Shown: in pieces, positions 7,045-11,294 of the stretch
Numbering within the stretch: position 1 is the stretch's first letter
How the letters are laid out: each line of letters opens with the position of its first letter
From: Jatrophihabitans sp.
GTDB taxonomy: Bacteria > Actinomycetota > Actinomycetes > Mycobacteriales > Jatrophihabitantaceae
Direction: 5' to 3'
Length of the DNA stretch: 11,294 nucleotides
Assembly: GCA_036488285.1 (NCBI GenBank)
Contig: DASXHV010000153.1
Span: 1-11,294 of the forward strand
The notes under the pieces: generated by a model
What the model was told of the DNA's origin: nothing
What the model saw: the letters and a program-made list of their open reading frames with translations, nothing else
Databases searched by the model: none
Translations under genes and position numbers: made by a program

Positions 7045-7823
7045 CAGTTTCCTACGAACTCGGCCTTGCCCGGTCCGTTCTCGATGAACGATTGGATGCC
7101 TCGCTGCTTGTCCTCGGTGGCGAACAGACTGGCGAACAAGTGGGATTCCAGCTTCAGCCCGGTTGACAGGTCGCTGTCGAGTCCTTGCTGGATAGCGGCT
7201 TTGGCGGCACGCAGAGCCAGCGACGGGCCGGCAGCGAACTTGGCCGCCATCGCGTGCGTGGTGCTGAGCACCTGATCGGCCTCCACGACGACGTCGACCA
7301 GGCCGATCTCGTGCGCCTCGGCAGCGTCGACGATCCGGCCGGTGTAGATCAGGTCCTTGGCCTTGGAAACCCCGACCAGGCGCGGCAGCCGCTGGGTGCC
7401 TCCCATTCCCGGGATGATCCCGAGCAGGATCTCCGGCTGACCCCATTTCGCGGTGTCGGCGCTGATGCGGAAGTCCGCGGTCATGGCCAGTTCGCAGCCG
7501 CCGCCGAGCGCAAAGCCGGTCACCGCTGCAATCACCGGCTTGGGGATCTGTGCAACCGAGTCGATCGAGCTCATGACCTCCTCGGCCCGCCGGGTGATGT
7601 CCTGCGGCGACATGGTGTGGAACTCCTTGACGTCCGCGCCTGCCACGAAGACCTTTTCGCCACCCCACAGGATGACCGCCCGGATGTCGTCGCGCCGGCT
7701 GCACTCCTCGGCGGCTGCACGCAGCTCTTGCTGCACCTGAGTGTTCAACGCGTTGACCGGCGGCCGATCGATCCGGATGGTGCCGACCGCGCCTTCGACC
7801 TCGAGGTGGACAAGTTCGCTCAT
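7044..7823 (-). CDS. Enoyl-CoA hydratase/isomerase (crotonase family), 259 aa
   Basis: The crotonase signature is present ([23 protein letters not shown]; GADVKEF). The ATG at 7823-7821 (MSELVHLEV...) is chosen over the ORF-track start at 7919. An AGG lies about 10 nt upstream. Confidence 0.85.
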   Translation of the reverse strand: MSELVHLEVEGAVGTIRIDRPPVNALNTQVQQELRAAAEECSRRDDIRAVILWGGEKVFVAGADVKEFHTMSPQDITRRAEEVMSSIDSVAQIPKPVIAAVTGFALGGGCELAMTADFRISADTAKWGQPEILLGIIPGMGGTQRLPRLVGVSKAKDLIYTGRIVDAAEAHEIGLVDVVVEADQVLSTTHAMAAKFAAGPSLALRAAKAAIQQGLDSDLSTGLKLESHLFASLFATEDKQRGIQSFIENGPGKAEFVGN

Positions 7824-7866
7824 GCGCCGGAGCCTACCTACTCGCCGGTACACCACGATTCGGGCG

Positions 7867-8694
7867 TCACTGTGCCCTGGCGTAGAAGCGGCCGGCGTCG
7901 TTGTCCACCGACAAGGCAAGCCCGAACGCCTCGGACAGGTTCTGCGAGGTGAGCACGTCGTTGATCAGACCTTGGCTGACGACCTTGCCGTCCCTGAGCA
8001 GCATCGCGTGGCTGATGCCGAGCGGGATCTCCTCGACGTGGTGGGTCACCAGGATCATCGTCGGCGCATCCGGATCCGCGGCAAGCTTGGCCAGTCGGCG
8101 GAGCAGATCCTCACGACCGCCCAGGTCCATCCCGGCGGCAGGCTCGTCCAGCAGCAGCAATTCGGGGTCGGTCATCATCGCCCGGGCGATCTGCACCCGC
8201 TTGCGCTCCCCCTCGCTCAGCGTGCCGTAGCTGCGCTCGGTCAGGTCGCCCACTCCGAAGCGAGCCAGCAGCATCCGGGCCCGCCGGACATCGAGGCGAC
8301 CGTAGGCCTCCCGCCAGCGCCCGATCACGGCGTAGCCGGCCGAGACAACCACGTCCAACACGTTCTCGCCGCCAGGAATGCGCTGGGCCAGTGCAGCTGA
8401 GGCCAGCCCGATGCGGGGCCGTAGTTCGAACACGTCGACTGCCCCGAGCTGCTCGCCCAGAACACCGACGGTGCCCGCGCTGGGATGCATCGTGGTCGCC
8501 GCCAGTTGGAGAAGCGTCGTCTTGCCGGCGCCGTTGGCCCCCAGGATCACCCAACGCTCGTCGTCCTCGACGGTCCAGTCGATGCTGTCGAGCAGCAGCT
8601 TGGAGCCACGCCGGACACTCGCCTGCCGCATTTGCAGGATCGCGTCCGGATTCAATTCATCTTCTGGTGCTGGCACTGCCCCATCCAACCGCAT
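7867..8694 (-). CDS. ABC-type ATPase (275 aa) with no transmembrane/permease partner in the window
   Basis: The canonical ABC motifs are present: Walker A GANGAGKTT, signature variant LSEGERKRV, Walker B LLLLDEPAAGMD, and H-loop VTHH. The ATG at 8694-8692 is preceded by GAGGTG with 5-6 nt spacing. The longer ORF-track start (8763) would overlap glgX and is rejected. Confidence 0.85.
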   Translation of the reverse strand: MRLDGAVPAPEDELNPDAILQMRQASVRRGSKLLLDSIDWTVEDDERWVILGANGAGKTTLLQLAATTMHPSAGTVGVLGEQLGAVDVFELRPRIGLASAALAQRIPGGENVLDVVVSAGYAVIGRWREAYGRLDVRRARMLLARFGVGDLTERSYGTLSEGERKRVQIARAMMTDPELLLLDEPAAGMDLGGREDLLRRLAKLAADPDAPTMILVTHHVEEIPLGISHAMLLRDGKVVSQGLINDVLTSQNLSEAFGLALSVDNDAGRFYARAQ

Positions 8695-8750
8695 CTTCAC
8701 CTCGGACGATCTCCGACATAGCCGTTTGTACAGCGTAGGGTGCCGATTCG
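8695..8750. promoter_or_regulatory. 56-bp divergent intergenic region between the ABC ATPase and glgX; presumed to hold both promoters
   Basis: This is the only sizeable non-coding gap between divergent genes. It contains a TAGGGT (TANNNT-type -10 candidate) 12 nt upstream of the glgX ATG. It also contains an inverted repeat TCGGA-CGATC-TCCGA (8702-8716) that overlaps the ABC gene's GAGGTG ribosome-binding site. Confidence 0.3.
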
Positions 8751-10914
<2,164 letters not shown>

Positions 10915-10922
<8 letters not shown>

Positions 10923-11294
10923 ACTCGATACCGACAGCATCGGCGGCCAGGGCCGGATCGCGATTCGCCCGGTCATCGAGCAAGACCTGACGCTGTTCTA
11001 TGAGTTCCAATCCGATCAGGCCTCGGCGGCGATGGCCGGCTTCACGTCACGAGATCGCGACGCCGACCGGGCCCATTGGCACCAGATCATGGCCGACGAC
11101 TCCGCACGGACGTTTGCGGTGACCTACGACGACGTCGTGGTGGGCAACGTGGTCAGCTGGGGCGACGAGGGCGAGCGTGACCTGGGCTACTGGATCGACG
11201 CCCGGTACTTCGGACGAGGCATCGCGACCGAAGCGGTCCGGTTGTTTCTGAACATCGAGACAACCCGGCCGCTGTTTGCCCATGTGATGAAGAC
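10915..11294 (+). CDS. GNAT-family N-acetyltransferase (RimJ/RimL-like), 5' partial: it runs off the window end
   Basis: The frame is open from GTG 10915 to the window end. It translates MAELDTDSIGGQGRIAIRPVIEQDLTLFYEF...VVGNVVSWGDEGERDLGYWIDARYFGRGIATEAV..., a typical Acetyltransf_3-type GNAT. The GTG overlaps the glgX stop (GTGGCTGA). An upstream in-frame start cannot be excluded. Confidence 0.55.

Noticed and set aside
6343-7275. A 310-aa plus-strand ORF, with similar plus-strand ORFs at 5203..6006, 4512..5414, 3589..4371 and 7185..7952
   Set aside because: All are antisense to the well-supported minus-strand operon genes. Their products are low-complexity, poly-Arg or poly-Pro sequences with no motifs. 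These are classic high-GC shadow ORFs.
6070-7704. The 544-aa form of the methyltransferase ORF, and likewise the 359-aa HAD ORF (5378..6457) and the 270-aa acetyltransferase ORF (4629..5441)
   Set aside because: The N-terminal extensions lie in alternate reading frames of the upstream genes. They are Arg/Gly/Pro-rich and lack ribosome-binding sites. Each has an internal ATG that overlaps or abuts the upstream stop codon, and the recognisable domain begins exactly there.

Overview
This is a densely coding, visibly high-GC 11.3 kb segment that looks like chromosomal actinobacterial DNA (Mycobacterium/Nocardia-like codon usage, GC-rich third positions). Almost every base is coding; I found no rRNA, tRNA, CRISPR array, IS element or long DNA repeat. 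All gene coordinates below are from my own reading of start/stop context.

(1) Minus strand: a three-gene SPFH module. A predicted 2-TM membrane protein (2359..1697) is followed by an 84-aa OB-fold NfeD-like protein (1637..1383), whose stop codon lies 2 nt from the start of a flotillin (1380..205).

(2) Plus strand: a GT4 retaining glycosyltransferase (about 2372..3577, E-X7-E motif, Rv3032-like N-terminus).

(3) Minus strand, convergent on the GT4 gene: a five-gene, translationally coupled operon.
- enoyl-CoA hydratase (7823..7044)
- class I SAM methyltransferase (7044..6070)
- HAD phosphatase (6073..5378)
- LbetaH sugar-type O-acetyltransferase (5375..4629)
- fold-type-II PLP enzyme of the cysteine-synthase family (4632..3538)
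Three junctions are ATGA overlaps and one is a 2-nt gap. An ABC-type ATPase with no permease partner in the window (8694..7867) sits 43 nt upstream.

(4) Plus strand, divergent from that ATPase across 56 bp: the GH13 debranching enzyme GlgX (8751..10922). Its stop overlaps the GTG start of a GNAT N-acetyltransferase that runs off the window end.

The most interesting candidate system is the coupled echA-MTase-HAD-acetyltransferase-PLP cassette. It is flanked by the GT4 gene and glgX, its enzyme combination does not match any pathway I can name with confidence, and its PLP enzyme shows active-site deviations from canonical cysteine synthases.
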